Positions 34,889-45,360 of a stretch of 64,000 nucleotides of DNA are shown here, in pieces (the stretch's first letter is position 1; every line of letters starts with the position of its first letter). Under the pieces are notes generated by a model. That model made no database searches, was not told the DNA's origin, and saw only the letters and a program-made list of their open reading frames with translations. Both the position numbers and the translations under genes were made by a program. The stretch lies in contig JBLDXI010000015.1 of assembly GCA_047495785.1 (NCBI GenBank), positions 4,154,001 to 4,218,000 of the forward strand. Direction: 5' to 3'. Origin of the DNA: Lepidodermella squamata. Its lineage: Eukaryota > Animalia > Gastrotricha.

Positions 34889-35866
34889 ATGAAAATTGTC
34901 TTGCTAACAACCAACCTCGCTGTTTTAATACTGACTCATTTCGTTTTGTCCGATTTAAGTCATGAAACTGGCGAAAATACATTCGGAATTGAAAGCAGGG
35001 CCGTTATTGCAAATAGCAGCGATCACTCGAAACTTCCATCCAAGCCTGGAAAATGGGAAAGCTTTAAGAACATATTCAAGAAAAAACCCAAGGAATATAT
35101 GAAAAAAGAAAAGATTGTTGATAAAGTCACTGTTTTTCGCCATATTACCGATCCAGACATGATTATGCGTCACCTTGCCCGTACACCAATCGCAAACCAT
35201 CCTATTATTTTGGCCTCGTTAACGAAGGAAATCGCAGATCAATTACCGAGCGATGTAGCATTAATCGCTAAGAAGTACAGAGAAGCGCTGGCTAATGGTG
35301 TCCCGTTGCCACAACCGGAGAAACAGCATTTCAAGACATTTACGAATTACAGCTACACGCCTACGCCACCGCCTGAACCGGTAACTGAGCCACCTCCGGT
35401 TCCGTGTTGTACGAAGGCGAAAAATATCGGAATGACAATGCTAATCGTAATTATTCCCCTTGTTGTTTCTGTGATAGGAATGTATCTTTTTTACGAAGCC
35501 TTCAACTTCTACGTCCGCAAAACTGAGCGAAACAATGCAGCAGCGGTAAGTCAACCGGATAGGCACCATCGAAGCACATTGTTACAACAGGGCAGCCGAA
35601 CTGTCGAAGGAAGATATTGGACAGTCGATAAACAAGAAGAATTGCTAGAAGAAGCCGCGTGGCATAGCCTCGACGACTTGGATCCAGGTGAAGACACTGT
35701 TGATCTCATAGGGCGATTACTCTCCGACGACGAGGATGAGTTTTCCAACTCTGCATCTTCTTCCGTATTTCCCATTCCTGAGTTTATTGAAACCGACAAA
35801 TTTATTCTCTGCGACCAGTTTGTCAACTATCAGGATTACATGCCAGATTATTCTATGCTTCGATGA
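34889..35866 (+). CDS. Family X member 2 (recent duplicate of 33034)
   Basis: Collinear with 33034..34023 including the 3' flank. Intact 325-aa ORF. Confidence 0.8.
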   Translation: MKIVLLTTNLAVLILTHFVLSDLSHETGENTFGIESRAVIANSSDHSKLPSKPGKWESFKNIFKKKPKEYMKKEKIVDKVTVFRHITDPDMIMRHLARTPIANHPIILASLTKEIADQLPSDVALIAKKYREALANGVPLPQPEKQHFKTFTNYSYTPTPPPEPVTEPPPVPCCTKAKNIGMTMLIVIIPLVVSVIGMYLFYEAFNFYVRKTERNNAAAVSQPDRHHRSTLLQQGSRTVEGRYWTVDKQEELLEEAAWHSLDDLDPGEDTVDLIGRLLSDDEDEFSNSASSSVFPIPEFIETDKFILCDQFVNYQDYMPDYSMLR

Positions 35867-36841
35867 TCCTGTAACACAGGTAGGGCTTCCGCTACCTCAG
35901 AATTTCTCATGCAAAATCCTTAAAACTCAATAAATTCAGTCATATTTATGTCCTACCTGTAGATCCTTTTTCAGTGTTTAAAACTAAAAATTTCCTTGCT
36001 TCACTGGCACGGTTATTATTTTAAATTTCACTTGGGATTTTTAATTTCGAGCTAGGTTGCCATCGAAACTGCGGTCCCCCACAAAGCAAAGGGCTTCACA
36101 GCAGGATAAACCCAAAATGCGGTTAACACCCCACGCTGCAATTTCGGAAAATGTTTGACAAACGACTTCAAGAGGAGGTCTTTGCTACATTACGGAGTTT
36201 TCATGACTCCCTAATTTTGGTGTGAAAAGCTAGATTAGCTGACCATCATGTTAGTCCATTGGTTGAGAATCAGAGGCATAGCCTGAGCGCCTGCTGGGAG
36301 GGCTGTTAGGTGCGTTTATCCTCCTTATTGAAGCCATCTGCTTTGTAGTGGACTCTCAAAAACCAATGTTAACAAGCAATTAATTTGTTGCTCAAAATAT
36401 TGTACCCATTCCGAGCCAAATTTCATTCATTTTTGCATAGTTCTACGAGCCCTGATGGACACTACTGCGTCACACAAGGCAAAATGCTTGGGAGCCGCTG
36501 TCTTAGATCCTGAACTTTTGAGGCATGAACTCCGCATGAAGAGTTTTCCCGCAATATAATTAGTCGCCACGAATAATGAAGCGTGACTGAAAAGCAGGTT
36601 GAAGCCTGCTGTAAAAGCAGCTCGCCTGAAATAATTAGGAATAATTAGGAACGACTGCGGAATCACTTAAACAAATTGTGAGTAGTTCAACATTGCAAGC
36701 CTGAGGAATCTACTCGTTTCAATTATTGGGCTTGATTCAAGTGAAGATGTGACGTTTCGGGATTAATAATTATTTTGTCTCGAATTGAAGCCCTCTGCAA
36801 AAATTCCCATTCGAAAAATTATCCATTCGGTAAAATGCTGA

Positions 36842-37837
36842 TCAGATGCAATTTATTGAATACCCATTATCATAAAAATAATCCGGCATGTAATCCTGGT
36901 TGGAAAACTGTTCCAAGACCATAAATTTGTCTCTTTCAATCAACTGAGCATCGGGGTATTGTGGGAAAGATTCAATGCTGGAAAATTCATCATCGTCGTC
37001 GTAAAGTAATCGCCCTATGAGATTCACAGTATCATCTCCTAGATCCAAATCAATAATGCTGTTCAACGCGGCTTCTTCTATCAATTCTTCTTGTTTATCT
37101 ACTGACCAATATCTTCCTTCAACAGTTCGGCTGTCCTGTTGAACCAACTGGCTTCGATGCAGCCTATCGGCAGCCAAGTTGTACGGTCGACTCGCGGGTG
37201 CGTCAATCGATTTGTTATTTTCCCGCGTGATATACGTGAAGACTTCGTAAACTATATAAAGCGATATCGCAGAAACGAGGAAAGGAACAGCGTATATAAA
37301 AAATTTCAATGCCATGCGTTTTGCCTTAGTGCGAAACGAAACCTCAACCTTAGCCTGTTCAAATTTGGCGGCTTTCACCTGGTTATAGCCGTAATCGACG
37401 AACACCTTGTAATATTTTTTATCTGGATTCGGCAGCGGTCGACCTTCAGCTAGCTCCTTTCTGTAACTTTCTGCGAACTTTCGCAAAGGTCTAATAGGTA
37501 GCCGATCGGCTATTTTTTTGTCGAGCGAACCCAGGATCATAGGATGCTCTGCTATTGGTATCTGGGTGATTAGACGCATGACGCTTTCTGGATTATCCAA
37601 GTAACGAATAATACGAATTTTCTCTTCCATTGGATGGCCCTTCAACCATTCCGCGGGTCGTTTCTTTTTCTTTTCCGGCAACCAGGAGAACGGATTTGGG
37701 ATGCTCTTGCCACTAATTGTCACGTTACTTCTCTTAACTCTGAAGAGCTGTTCGTCGGTTTCATATCTCTGGGCTGACAAAATGAAATGAGCCAGCAAGA
37801 AAATAACGAGAATGGCTTGTTGAGAAAAGCATTTCAT
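36842..37837 (-). CDS. Family X member 3 (inverted)
   Basis: Signal peptide, RVKR site, PIAEHPMILGSL, TM, and tail with SRTVEGRYWSVDKQEEL and QDYMPDY. Confidence 0.8.
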   Translation of the reverse strand: MKCFSQQAILVIFLLAHFILSAQRYETDEQLFRVKRSNVTISGKSIPNPFSWLPEKKKKRPAEWLKGHPMEEKIRIIRYLDNPESVMRLITQIPIAEHPMILGSLDKKIADRLPIRPLRKFAESYRKELAEGRPLPNPDKKYYKVFVDYGYNQVKAAKFEQAKVEVSFRTKAKRMALKFFIYAVPFLVSAISLYIVYEVFTYITRENNKSIDAPASRPYNLAADRLHRSQLVQQDSRTVEGRYWSVDKQEELIEEAALNSIIDLDLGDDTVNLIGRLLYDDDDEFSSIESFPQYPDAQLIERDKFMVLEQFSNQDYMPDYFYDNGYSINCI

Positions 37838-38369
37838 TGCTTTTCTGACTTGGGAAACTCAACGGCATATAAGCAAAGATCATAGAAGATAAAGAGGGAA
37901 CATGCGTTGGAAATTCAAAGAATAAGTTTACTACGGAAATTTTAAGACAGATTATTTAATAGCTAGATGATTGGTAATCATAAGGAAACGTCCCCAAACA
38001 TCGCTTGACTTGGCCACACTTTCGCCTCTGTTTCCCAATCCAAATCGGATTCCGAGAATAGCATGGAAAATCAAAGGCCAATTGTTTCATACATATTTCC
38101 ATCATTACAAGCATGGAAGCCAACAAGGTTCGGCCCGAGAATTCCCGCTCCTCCCGCTTCCTCCCGCTGTGCGATTCAAGATGAACCCTTGATCACCGAT
38201 GTATCCTTATCTACTTGTGTCCTTAACAACTAACAACTAATCCATAATTCACACCTTTGAGATCGAAACCCATTACCATTCGACCTTCACTTTTAGGAAA
38301 AAGGCTTTTGATTGACGTGATTGCTTATAAAATATGCCGTCGTCAATTCGATCAAAAAGCTAATAAAAG

Positions 38370-39320
38370 GCCTTTGAACGCTACGGCGAGTTCCTTAGAC
38401 CTATTAGGCTCGAAAACGCGTTTGAAAATCTGACGGATTTAGGACCAGAAATCGACCCAGAATTTCGCTCGAAACGGTCGAATTTCTTCTCTGGGCTGCT
38501 TGAGAAAATCAAGGGAACAAAAAATCCCGAAAGCCAAACGCCTGCTGATGGAGAAAAATACAAAGCTTATCATGATTTCGTTCGTGACAATGTGGATACG
38601 CCAGAAAAGGTTGCGAAGGTTCTTTCAGGTCTAGCTGTATCGGAACATCCCAGGTTTCTAGGATCATTAAATGAAGAAGTTGTGGCGAAGCTACCTGATA
38701 AAATGACAGCCGCGATGGCTCGAAGTTACAGAGCGATGATCAATGAAGGTCGTCCGTTGCCGATACCGAAAAAAGGACAGGAAAAAACGTACATCAACCA
38801 CGAACGAAGGGCCGAAAATTGGGCTGAAACGGATCCTAATACGGTTTCGCGTCGTTCGAAGGTGTTAAATATCGGGATGAAAGTTCTTACATTTGCCATC
38901 CCTTTTGTTGTTTCTGCAATATCACTGGTTCTATTATATCATATTCACGCGTATATTACACGCCCGAGCGAAAATGTAAAACCCGCGAGTCGACCCTACA
39001 GCTTGGCTGGTGATAGGCAGCTTCGAAGCGCGTTGCTTTATGAAGATAGCCGAACAGTCGAGGGAAGATTAATGTCGAAGGATAAACAAGAAGCGTTGTT
39101 AGAACAAGCCGCTTTGAACAGCATCGATGAATTGGATCTTGGAAATGATACTGTTGATCTTATTGGGCGATTACTTCACGAGGATGAGTTTTCGAACATG
39201 GGATCTTTCCCACCATATCCTGTTCCTGGTTTGATTGAAAAAGACGAATTTATGATCTATGGCCAGTTTACCAACCAGGATTACATGCCGGATTATTTTA
39301 TGATAACGGGTATTCAATGA
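38370..39320 (+). CDS. Family X member 4 (5' end unresolved)
   Basis: The frame is open from about 38367 (AFERYGEF...FRSKRSNFFSGLLEKIKG...) into the 38592 ORF with the same TM and tail motifs. No in-frame signal-peptide exon was identified, so it is either spliced or 5'-damaged. Confidence 0.65.
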   Translation, partial: AFERYGEFLRPIRLENAFENLTDLGPEIDPEFRSKRSNFFSGLLEKIKGTKNPESQTPADGEKYKAYHDFVRDNVDTPEKVAKVLSGLAVSEHPRFLGSLNEEVVAKLPDKMTAAMARSYRAMINEGRPLPIPKKGQEKTYINHERRAENWAETDPNTVSRRSKVLNIGMKVLTFAIPFVVSAISLVLLYHIHAYITRPSENVKPASRPYSLAGDRQLRSALLYEDSRTVEGRLMSKDKQEALLEQAALNSIDELDLGNDTVDLIGRLLHEDEFSNMGSFPPYPVPGLIEKDEFMIYGQFTNQDYMPDYFMITGIQ

Positions 39321-40085
39321 AATCAAAAATTAAATACTGAAAAAATTAGCTGAAATGGCGCTTGTAAGATTAAAAAATGCTTTCATTCGGATTTTCTTGA
39401 TAATTTTTTATTGGGATTTATGCATTATCGGACATTTCCTAACTGTCCCTGCCATTCCAAGTCGCAATTAGCATCTCGCGAAAACAAATATAGTGTTTCC
39501 ATGCTCCTGCTGATGTCAGCGTGTGAAGTGGACTGTCAATTATTCAGCTCGAATGAACAGGATTTAGTGCTGCATACATGATGCTTCATATCAAAGACCA
39601 CATAATTGGGATATAGTACCGAAAAAAACACAAAATTCAAGTGCTTTATATTTGAAATATTTCCCCGCTGAAGCTTTTTCCAAGGAAATAATGGACACCA
39701 TCCTACAAAAATTCGTCTCCAAAGGTTAGTTTACTAGTAGACTATGATAGGATCTGGACAATTTTTTCTACTACCATCTTCGATCTTCGGATCATCGCAT
39801 TATTGAATTAGGTGCTTACTTGATAGAGCGCATCTAGCCTCTCATTCTACTTGCCACACCGTGTTTTTCCGCAATATTTTTCAATTAGACCCACAGGGTC
39901 GCCAGCAGTTGTTGTTTTTCATGCATCGCCGCTATTTTTTGCATTTAATTTCTGATGGTGATGGGAACATATCATAAAACAGACAACAAAAACAGATCAT
40001 TTGTAATATTTTCCCTGTTGTATTTTTTTCGAAAAAAGAGTTACTCGGCTTCATCACCCGTCGAAACGATCAAGACCTTGAAGCG

Positions 40086-40976
40086 ATGTTTCAGAAAACC
40101 GCAAAATACGAAATTTCCCCTGCAAATAGCCGGACCTCATCTCGAGCGCCGAGCGTCGCAGCACAACAGGGCGGTAATAAGGTCATGACGCAGACGACCC
40201 GATTGAGAGCGACTGACACCGATGTGACAGTGACCTCGGTGATGATACCGCCAACTCATGGTTCTGTCGGGGCGAGCAGTAACTGGTCGACAGTTATCCC
40301 GCAACAGCCGAATTCGCAGCGAGATAACAGGCGACCGGATCGAGCTTATGAACGGGCTGATGGCGACTACGACGAACGCCGGCGACAACGCCACCACCAT
40401 CACCACCACCGGCGGCATAGAAGTCGCGACAGGTATGGGGAGGATAGTGCTAATAGGTACGAGAGGGAGGGGGCCACTTCGGGCCTCAACAGGCCGCATA
40501 GCTATCATTACGCGACTGATCCTCGAAACCAGGTCATGTCAGCCACGGTGCCGTTGGATGGATCGACAGCTCAACGCCAGATTCCTCAGCATCAACAGCA
40601 ACAATTTCAGCCCCAACAATACGTTCAACAACCTGTCTATCAATTTCCAGTTCCAATGCCTCAGATAGTTCGGTCGAAGGATGACAGCGGTATTGGCCTC
40701 ACCAGCGGCTGCACGGTGGTGACGAGTGACCACAAATTGGCGAGTTGGCGAAAATTAGCCAGGGAAAGTGCTGTTTTTGGCCTGATATGCGGCTGTTGGC
40801 CTCTGACCATCCCGGCGGCTTACTACGCGTTTCGCAACTCGCCGCGGCACCGCTATCAGCTTTCTTTCACGCTCAGCGTTTTGGGCGTGCTGATTTTGGC
40901 CAGTATTTTAACGGCTATCATTGTATCAATGGCTAAGAGTGGGCAGCAACCTGTGGTTGAAAAAATTGCTGCTTGA
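40086..40976 (+). CDS. CD225/dispanin-like membrane protein with His/Gln-rich N-terminus
   Basis: WRKLARESAVFGLICGCWPLTIPAAYYAF...YQLSFTLSVLGVLILASILTAIIV; the CWPL motif is typical of PRRT/TMEM233-type CD225 proteins. Confidence 0.72.
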   Translation: MFQKTAKYEISPANSRTSSRAPSVAAQQGGNKVMTQTTRLRATDTDVTVTSVMIPPTHGSVGASSNWSTVIPQQPNSQRDNRRPDRAYERADGDYDERRRQRHHHHHHRRHRSRDRYGEDSANRYEREGATSGLNRPHSYHYATDPRNQVMSATVPLDGSTAQRQIPQHQQQQFQPQQYVQQPVYQFPVPMPQIVRSKDDSGIGLTSGCTVVTSDHKLASWRKLARESAVFGLICGCWPLTIPAAYYAFRNSPRHRYQLSFTLSVLGVLILASILTAIIVSMAKSGQQPVVEKIAA

Positions 40977-41223
40977 ATGGATAAATGCGCCGAAAAATAG
41001 GACGATAAACCGAATATAAATCCAAGATTTCTTTCGATTTTTATACCTCATTTTTCCTATCTTTAATCACCGTCCAAATTGAAGCCCTGTATTGAAATCG
41101 TTTGAAATAAAAATAGCTCTCTATTCAAAATAATTTATTCATTATTGAATCGAAAAATAATAGAAATTGAGGTTATATCGTGTGGAAAAAGAAGAGTTCT
41201 GCATTAAGACTCATGTTGTAGCA

Positions 41224-41421
41224 CTAGCAAACGCTGCCGCCGAATTTCGGTTTCAGAGCGATGACAAGCAGGATGCCAGCACTAGTCAGCAGTCCAACAA
41301 CCATACAAGCTATTATGACCTTGCGGCATCGCCATCGATCCACGGCCGGATGAGCCTGCAGTACTACGTCGAACGAAGACGGCGCATTCAGTTGAGGCCG
41401 GCCTTTTGAAGCTGTCGCCAT
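41224..41421 (-). CDS. Putative small single-pass membrane protein (65 aa)
   Basis: ATG at 41421, one clean hydrophobic segment VIIACMVVGLLTSAGILLVIAL flanked by basic residues, in a GC-richer patch within AT-rich DNA. Confidence 0.4.
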   Translation of the reverse strand: MATASKGRPQLNAPSSFDVVLQAHPAVDRWRCRKVIIACMVVGLLTSAGILLVIALKPKFGGSVC

Positions 41422-41884
41422 GTCGGCGCCAACCGTGGTACACACAACATTTGTGTGAACCTTGATACTTTCTATATTTAATTACATTGATAACAAAAAA
41501 TAATTCCCAAAAAATTTCGGCTTACCAAGGTTGTGATGATGTTTCGAACTTTTCTTATCCGTTTTATCCATTTTATTTTTGTTGAATAAAACAAACAAAA
41601 AATAACAGGAGAAAAAACCAAATAGCTTTTGTACGTGTGTTTGATGCTAGTGCGAGATCTTATAATACAGGATCGATTTCGAATAATGCTTGCTTTCGGA
41701 AACCTAATTAGCCGGAACGCTTTTTTAGCCTGGTCCATTTCGATTACACCCAAATTCGGTGTGCATATTTTTGGTGTGTAAAAAAGCCGTAAAACGAATG
41801 GCAAATTTTTATTAGCACTTGAAATGCATCAGATGAAGCGGGTATTATTACTCTGTATTGGGACACTGTGTTCACTGCCAAAAA

Positions 41885-42514
41885 TCACGGTAAATAATCG
41901 AATCCGAAAGCTAGCGCCACACCTGTCCCAGCGAGAAGTGCGAAAAGAAAGAAAAGTCCAAGTGCGATTGCCAGAATAGCAAAACGTTTCGATCTTGCTA
42001 GATCACGAGCAGATGGGTGCCGTTTACCAGCATGAAACAGCGCTATTCCAGCCAAGATTGGGCACAGGTACCCCAAAATAGCCGCGGCTATCGCAAGTCG
42101 CATCGCCGATGCTTTTTTGCGCCTCAGTGTTGTGTCACCCATAGACACCCTAATATCGCTATCTCGCTCCGCCAGAGCGCCGGTGTTTCTTATCTCATTG
42201 CCATTTGATAACACAGCGGTTTTCTCGTTATTCTTATTGACAAATAGAACTGTGCTGCTATTTCCAGCGCTGGTTTGGCTGACCGAGCTCGGCTGACGGG
42301 TTGATCGCATGCTGTTGAAAACCGTCCGGTTATTGCCGCTCCCAGCTGATCCGGCAACGCGCTGGCTTGAATGGAGCCGCATCGACCGCTGCCCGTCGTA
42401 GGGCGGAGGTGTCGGAGGCTTTTCTATCAGCGTCCTTGGTAGCGAATCGAAGTCTAACTCGCCGTTGTGGATAAGCCGCTCATTTGCGACAAAAACCCCG
42501 GTTTGCGATGACAT
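41885..42514 (-). CDS. CD225/dispanin-like membrane protein
   Basis: First ATG in frame at 42514, PPPY motif, LAIAAAILGYLCPILAGIALF, loop ARDLARSKRFA, second TM. Confidence 0.65.
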   Translation of the reverse strand: MSSQTGVFVANERLIHNGELDFDSLPRTLIEKPPTPPPYDGQRSMRLHSSQRVAGSAGSGNNRTVFNSMRSTRQPSSVSQTSAGNSSTVLFVNKNNEKTAVLSNGNEIRNTGALAERDSDIRVSMGDTTLRRKKASAMRLAIAAAILGYLCPILAGIALFHAGKRHPSARDLARSKRFAILAIALGLFFLFALLAGTGVALAFGFDYLP

Positions 42515-43028
42515 TCCTAATGTCGTAAAAAATGCAGAAGACAATGGGCTTGAAGAAAGCTGGAATGATTATAGGAGACGCCTGGTGTCTGGCGGAAAGG
42601 AGCTAAGAATTCCACCCACGGCCGATCATCATTACGCTGCTGGTGCGAATCTAACAGGTAATGCGAAAATGCTCAACCGCGCATTAAATCGCAGACGCAT
42701 CTCCGCCTTAATTTATGCGCACAGGTGTCGCGCCCAGACTGCCAGGTGAGCAAAGAGACATTTCGATATTTTTCACAAATTTTATTTTGCATCAATTTAT
42801 CACCGGCCTTTGAAAACAACAATATACCTTGTGGTTTATAGCATATTTGAAGAGCCACGAAAGAGCTAAAAAAAATGTCACATCATTATCATAATAAAAC
42901 GGCAGCGGAATTAAAACGAAGTGCAAAAAGGTTGCCGTCTATAAATTCTACCTCGTTTTTTTACAATTTAATAATTATTTTATTTATAATAATAATAATT
43001 ATGATGGTGGAGTAAAATTTTTATTTCA

Positions 43029-44276
43029 TCATTTCCTGCCGTTGAGCTCTCGAAAAATCGTAGCAATTTCAGGATTGGACTGCGCGAGTTGTTTCGCCGT
43101 TTTGCCATCCGCGTCCTTCAGCGTCAAATTAACGCCGTTCTGGTTGAGTAGAAACCGCACCATGTCAGGGTGATCGAGCGACACGGCAATGTGCAGCGGC
43201 GTGTTGAGCCGAATCGCCTCCTGGCAATTCAACGACGCCGGCCGTCTTGAAATCAACAGCTGCGTTACAGCCTGATGGTTGAACATAACCGCGAGATGAA
43301 TGGGTTTCAGCGCCGTTTCAGTAACACACGCGTCCTCATCGGCGCCGCGGCTTAGCAGAACCGCGGCTACGGCAGTGTGGCCGCTCTCGGCCGCGACTGC
43401 CAGCGGCGTTTCGCCTATTCTATTGCGAACTTCGACGCTAACACCGGCGTTGAGCAGGGCTATGACGATGTTGGAATGGCCGAATCGAGTCGCCATGTGA
43501 ATCACGGTATCGCCCAGCTCGTTAGACGTACTCTGCGCCTCGAGAATGGCCTTATTTCCGTTACATAGCGTGATCAGTTTATGCATCGTCTTAATATCGC
43601 CCTCGCTCGCTGTTCTCAGCAACGTTTCAACCTAAAAAAAAATAAAATATTTCAAATATAAGGATTTGAATTAAGAAAATAGAAAATCCGCCTTGATAAA
43701 ATTTGAAAATTTGAAATTTTGAATTCAAATTTTTCAAATTTTCATATTTAATTTAAAAAATAAACATTATATATAGAAGTTTGAAATTACTAAACAAATC
43801 GGAAATTTCAAATTTAAAAAAATTCAAAAATTTAAAAAAAATTAAATTTTGAATTTTGAATAAATTGACAAAATCCGCCTTAATAAATTTTGAATTTTTG
43901 AAAATTTCAAATTTCAAAAATTTAACCAAATTACAATTTCAAAATAACTAACCAGATCGGGTCCGCCTTCGCTCGAGTCGATAATTTGAGGTAAAATGCC
44001 GAATCGTCTAAGAAAGAGTGTGATTTTGTCGACAAGCCACGCATTCATCCAACCGATGACGCCGAGAACGACCAGAATGAAAATGAGCAGCACCGACCAC
44101 CACGAGCCGTAGCCGAGCGCGTGTTTAAATCGCTCGTAAAAGCTTTGAATACCCGCAAATTTGTTGCCGCTTGTTGAGCTGGTCGTGCCGAGGCCCTGCG
44201 ACGACGGAACAGATTTTAGCCTTGTTATGGCCTTTTTCCTCTCGTCCCGCAGCCAATGAGCCCATTCCACGACCAT
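43029..44276 (-). CDS. Membrane-anchored ankyrin-repeat protein (2 exons)
   Basis: Exon 1 (44276-43953, TM WWSVLLIFILVVLGVIGW) joins in phase 0 to exon 2 (43631-43029) with ankyrin repeats GDTVIHMA, GETPLAVA, LKPIHLA and NTPLHIA. Confidence 0.78.
43640..43925. repeat. AT-rich low-complexity intronic repeat
   Basis: Degenerate TTTGAAA/TTTCAAA units and a duplicated AAAATCCGCCTT.ATAAA.TTTGAA motif at about 43683 and 43870. Confidence 0.6.
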
Positions 44277-44700
44277 ATTTTTTTTAATAAAACTTGTGAC
44301 TAAAATATGTGAAAAATCGGTCGTATTTAAGAACCGGGTTGCAAAGGACCTTGAACCGGAAACTCAATACCGAGACACGGAAATTTGTGTCTGTGTAATT
44401 AGCACGAAAATGGCGTCATATGGCAGTTGTATCACACTGACCGAGTCCACCTTGCAGCTTTTGGCTCATTCTAATTCAAATGCCGAGTGCAAGTTTAGCG
44501 CAGGGTCCAAAGTCCGACCACGTGAATAAACAGCCACGTGATAGCAGTAGCGTGCTCAATTCGTACACAAAACACAACCACGACGCGCGTTGTTGTTATC
44601 GACAACAGCGAAACCAGACTAAAAGTCCAGCGCTATTTTATTCCAAAAATTTATTCCATGCAATGTAACAAAGCGAAAATGTGAGTTTTTTTTATAATTT

Positions 44701-45084
44701 CTAACGGTCGCGAATTTCCAACACCGACCCGCCTCGTTTGCCAGCCGAAGACGAACCCTGGGCAGCTATGGCTAGGAGTTGTTCGTGTTGACTCCTGTAG
44801 TCGTATAGCAGCGATATCGCAATGTAGCAAAACATGGCGAAAAGCGCGATTGCGACTGAACTAATGACAACGGCGCAAATGTAAGACCACCAGCGCGGGA
44901 ATCTCGGGAAACAGCCGACCGGCTCAGTCGCGGCTAGACCGACCCTGGCTAGCTCGACGGCGGCGACTGGATTAGCCAAAACTGCGTGGCTGCGACTGTC
45001 GTGCCTCAGGTGTTTGCCATCGCTGAAGCGTACCTGGGCGTGAGGCGGCGAAACAGGCGCTTTTTCCGCGTCATCCGTCGCCAT
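44701..45084 (-). CDS. Small single-pass membrane protein, unknown function
   Basis: 127-aa ATG-started ORF with one long hydrophobic segment (WWSYICAVVISSVAIALFAMFCYIAISLLY). Confidence 0.55.
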   Translation of the reverse strand: MATDDAEKAPVSPPHAQVRFSDGKHLRHDSRSHAVLANPVAAVELARVGLAATEPVGCFPRFPRWWSYICAVVISSVAIALFAMFCYIAISLLYDYRSQHEQLLAIAAQGSSSAGKRGGSVLEIRDR

Positions 45085-45360
45085 TTTATAGCCAAAAAAA
45101 CTCAGAAGTGAAGTCGAATAACATTATGTTATGCATTATCAACGCATAATTTCAACACCCCAAGATTTAATCAAATTCAGCGTTAAAAAATATTTCAGAA
45201 CTCGACGCTCGATTTTACTGTAAAAATTGTCCAAGTTGTTTACAAAGTAGTGTATAAAGTGAGCAGTTGCTGGCAGGAAAGTGCGCATCAAAAATTTGTA
45301 GAGATAATAATAATAAAAAACCGCAAAAAGTGCGAAAAAAATTCTCACGTGATTTGAGAA

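Noticed and set aside
36050-36740. GC-richer intergenic block between family X members
   Set aside because: No recognisable ORF, terminal repeats or RNA structure; may be a degraded element.
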